A DNA stretch of 8,145 bases, taken from IMG/VR virus record IMGVR_UViG_2690316231_000015; one strand, written 5' to 3'. The stretch is from a virus (taxonomy: Duplodnaviria; Heunggongvirae; Uroviricota; Caudoviricetes). Position numbers and translations under genes: made by a program. How positions within the stretch are numbered: the first letter of the stretch is position 1; each line of letters starts with the position of its first letter. Below are positions 5,780 through 8,145 of this stretch, piece after piece. The notes under the pieces are model-generated. The model saw only the letters and a program-made list of their open reading frames with translations, was not told the DNA's origin and did not search any database.

Positions 5780-7679
5780 TTCTGCAGGAGCGATAGCAAC
5801 CGGCCTCCTTGCGCTAAAAATTCCTGTCCCTCTGACGACAGTTCAGTGGGCAGATCGACATTATTACCTTCCGAAAGAGTCATCTTACACCCCGGGGCGG
5901 TGGGAAACACTGCCGTTTCAGGTTGCCATCATGAACAGCATGGGGAATGACCGGATCCGCACTGTTAATCTGATTAAATCTGCCCGTGTTGGTTATACAA
6001 AGATGTTGCTGGGAGTGGAGGCTTATTTTATTGAGCATAAATCACGCAACAGCCTTCTTTTCCAGCCCACGGATTCTGCTGCTGAAGATTTTATGAAATC
6101 TCATGTGGAACCCACGATCAGGGATGTGCCGGTTTTACTCGATCTTGCACCGTGGTTTGGGCGTAAACATCGTGATAATACCCTCACGCTGAAACGTTTT
6201 TCATCGGGCGTGGGCTTCTGGTGCCTGGGCGGGGCTGCCGCTAAAAACTACCGTGAAAAATCCGTGGACGTGGTCTGCTATGACGAACTTTCCTCGTTCG
6301 AACCGGATGTCGAAAAAGAGGGTTCGCCAACCCTGCTTGGGGATAAACGTATTGAGGGCTCTGTATGGCCCAAATCCATTCGCGGCTCGACGCCTAAAAT
6401 CAAAGGCACCTGCCAGATCGAAAAAGCGGCCAACGAGTCGGCGCATTTCATGCGTTTTTATGTGCCCTGCCCACACTGTGGGGAGGAGCAGTATCTGAAA
6501 TTTGGCGATGAATCCACGCCTTTTGGCCTTAAATGGGAGAAGGACAGCCCCGAAAGCGTTTTCTACCTCTGTGAACATCATGGCTGCGTGATCCATCAGT
6601 CTGAGCTTGACCAGAGCAACGGGCGGTGGATCTGTGAAAACACGGGGATGTGGACCCGTGACGGTCTGACGTTTTTCAGCGCCGCGGATAATGAAATTCC
6701 GCCGCCGCGCTCCATCACGTTCCATATCTGGACGGCGTACAGTCCGTTCACCACCTGGGTACAGATTGTCTATGACTGGCTGGATGCACTGAAAGATCCC
6801 AACGGCCTGAAAACCTTTGTGAACACCACGCTGGGCGAGACCTGGGAAGAGGCCGTGGGCGAAAAACTCGATCACCAGGTACTGATGGATAAGGTGGTGC
6901 GTTACACGGCGGCGGTGCCTGCCCGGGTGGTTTATCTGACGGCGGGCATTGACTCGCAGCGAAACCGTTTTGAGATGTATGTCTGGGGATGGGCACCGGG
7001 AGAGGAAGCTTTTCTGGTGGATAAAATCATCATTATGGGCCGTCCCGATGAGGAAGAGACGCTGTTACGTGTGGATGCGGCGATCAACAAAAAATACTGC
7101 CATGCAGACGGAACCGAAATGACCATTTCCCGTGTCTGCTGGGACACCGGGGGGATCGATGGTGAAATTGTCTATCAGAGGTCAAAAAAACACGGTGTTT
7201 TCCGGGTGCTGCCGGTAAAAGGCGCATCTGTCTATGGCAAGCCGGTGATCACCATGCCGAAAACCCGCAATCAGCGGGGCGTGTATCTGTGTGAAGTGGG
7301 GACGGACACCGCAAAAGAAATTCTCTATGCCCGTATGAAAGCCGATCCCACGTCTGCGGATGAAGCCACGTCGTATGCCATCCGTTTTCCTGATGATCCG
7401 GAGATTTTTTCGCAGACAGAGGCGCAGCAACTGGTGGCGGAAGAGCTGGTGGAGAAGTGGGAAAAAGGAAAGATGCGTCTGCTGTGGGATAACAAAAAGC
7501 GGCGTAACGAAGCGCTGGACTGCCTGGTGTATGCCTACGCAGCATTACGTGTGTCCGTGCAACGCTGGCAGCTTGATCTGGCTGTACTGGCAAAATCCCG
7601 GGAAGAAGAGACGACCCGGCCAACCCTTAAAGAACTGGCAGCGAAGCTGTCCGGAGGAGTGAATGGTTACAGTCGCTGA
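5751..7679 (+). CDS. A: Terminase large subunit (lambda gpA-like)
   Basis: Translation from ATG at 5751 ([10 protein letters not shown]...[35 protein letters not shown]...[22 protein letters not shown]...) tracks lambda gpA along its whole length, including the KSARVGY(S/T)K Walker-A-like segment. AGGTGG RBS precedes 5751. The start lies inside the 3' end of Nu1, as in lambda. The ORF-track start at 5709 is a likely over-extension. Confidence 0.9.
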   Translation: MISDELRAANSAGAIATGLLALKIPVPLTTVQWADRHYYLPKESSYTPGRWETLPFQVAIMNSMGNDRIRTVNLIKSARVGYTKMLLGVEAYFIEHKSRNSLLFQPTDSAAEDFMKSHVEPTIRDVPVLLDLAPWFGRKHRDNTLTLKRFSSGVGFWCLGGAAAKNYREKSVDVVCYDELSSFEPDVEKEGSPTLLGDKRIEGSVWPKSIRGSTPKIKGTCQIEKAANESAHFMRFYVPCPHCGEEQYLKFGDESTPFGLKWEKDSPESVFYLCEHHGCVIHQSELDQSNGRWICENTGMWTRDGLTFFSAADNEIPPPRSITFHIWTAYSPFTTWVQIVYDWLDALKDPNGLKTFVNTTLGETWEEAVGEKLDHQVLMDKVVRYTAAVPARVVYLTAGIDSQRNRFEMYVWGWAPGEEAFLVDKIIIMGRPDEEETLLRVDAAINKKYCHADGTEMTISRVCWDTGGIDGEIVYQRSKKHGVFRVLPVKGASVYGKPVITMPKTRNQRGVYLCEVGTDTAKEILYARMKADPTSADEATSYAIRFPDDPEIFSQTEAQQLVAEELVEKWEKGKMRLLWDNKKRRNEALDCLVYAYAALRVSVQRWQLDLAVLAKSREEETTRPTLKELAAKLSGGVNGYSR

Positions 7680-7869
7680 ACTACAGGCGCTGCGTCAGGC
7701 GCGCCTTGATTTATTAACCGGTAAACGGGTGGTGTCTGTCCAGAAAGATGGCCGCAGAATTGAATATACGGCGGCTTCTCTGGATGAGCTTAACCGGGCG
7801 ATCAATGATGCGGAGTCGGTACTGGGGACAACCCGACGTCGCCGTCGTCCGCTGGGAGTGAGGTTATGA
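7663..7869 (+). CDS. W: Head-tail joining protein (lambda gpW-like)
   Basis: 68 aa. LTGKRVVSVQKDGRRIEYTAASLDELNRAI matches lambda gpW ([30 protein letters not shown]). GGAGG RBS. Start overlaps the end of gpA. Confidence 0.85.
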   Translation: MVTVAELQALRQARLDLLTGKRVVSVQKDGRRIEYTAASLDELNRAINDAESVLGTTRRRRRPLGVRL

Positions 7870-8145
7870 AACGAACGCCTGTCCTGATTGATGTGAACGG
7901 CGTTCCGCTTCGTGAGAGTCTCAGCTACAACGGGGGCGGTGCAGGATTTGGCGGGCAAATGGCGGAGTGGTTGCCACCGGCGCAGAGTGCCGATGCGGCC
8001 CTGCTACCCGCGTTGCGTCTGGGGAATGCCCGGGCAGATGATCTGGTGCGCAATAACGGAATAGCGGCTAATGCGGTGGCTCTGCATAAGGATCACATTG
8101 TCGGGCATATGTTTCTGATCAGCTACCGTCCGAACTGGCGCTGGC
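7866..8145 (+). CDS. B: Portal protein (lambda gpB-like), 5' portion only; runs off the window end
   Basis: ATG at 7866 overlaps the W stop (ATGA). The open frame to the window end translates MKRTPVLIDVNGVPLRESLSYNGGGAGFGGQMAEWLPPAQSADAALLPALRLGNARADDLVRNNGIAANAVALHKDHIVG..., matching the lambda gpB N-terminus (GGGSGFGGQ...NARADDLVRNNGYAANAIQLHQDHIVG). Not in the ORF track because there is no stop inside the window. Confidence 0.85.
   Translation, partial: MKRTPVLIDVNGVPLRESLSYNGGGAGFGGQMAEWLPPAQSADAALLPALRLGNARADDLVRNNGIAANAVALHKDHIVGHMFLISYRPNWRW

Noticed and set aside
5286-7958. ORFs nested in or antisense to Nu1, gpA, gpW and the portal start (5286-5519 -, 6201-6875 -, 6253-6498 +, 6748-6996 -, 6932-7147 -, 7182-7430 -, 7249-7623 -, 7360-7662 +, 7695-7958 -)
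   Set aside because: All lie within genes with strong full-length homology to lambda packaging and head proteins. They are off-frame or antisense artefacts of GC-rich coding sequence.
1-8145. CRISPR arrays, tRNA or rRNA genes, IS elements, integrase or att sites
   Set aside because: No spaced direct repeats, no cloverleaf-like candidates noticed by eye, no transposase or integrase-like ORFs. The window is internal to the prophage. tRNA absence is by eye only; tRNAscan-SE would be decisive.

Overview
This window is the late-region junction of a lambdoid (E. coli/enterobacterial-type) prophage. Reading left to right on the + strand: the C-terminal part of a NanS-p-like esterase moron, a terminator, then a phage-21-type lysis cassette (pinholin, a small YdfR-like ORF, SAR endolysin, Rz with embedded Rz1) and a second terminator. 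Next comes a roughly 2.2 kb AT-rich insertion (about 2850-5000) carrying two convergent, 3'-overlapping genes of unknown function: a 206-aa protein with a PD-(D/E)xK nuclease-like motif and a 355-aa protein with no recognisable motif. This insertion occupies the Rz-to-cos moron slot where lambda carries bor, and is the best candidate for an undescribed accessory or anti-phage module. Downstream is a lambda-type cos site (cosN GGGCGGCGACCT at 5050-5061), followed by terminase small subunit (Nu1-like), terminase large subunit (gpA-like), gpW-like head-tail joining protein and the start of the portal gene (gpB-like, runs off the window). All homology statements come from reading the translations and recalled reference sequences; no database search was run.
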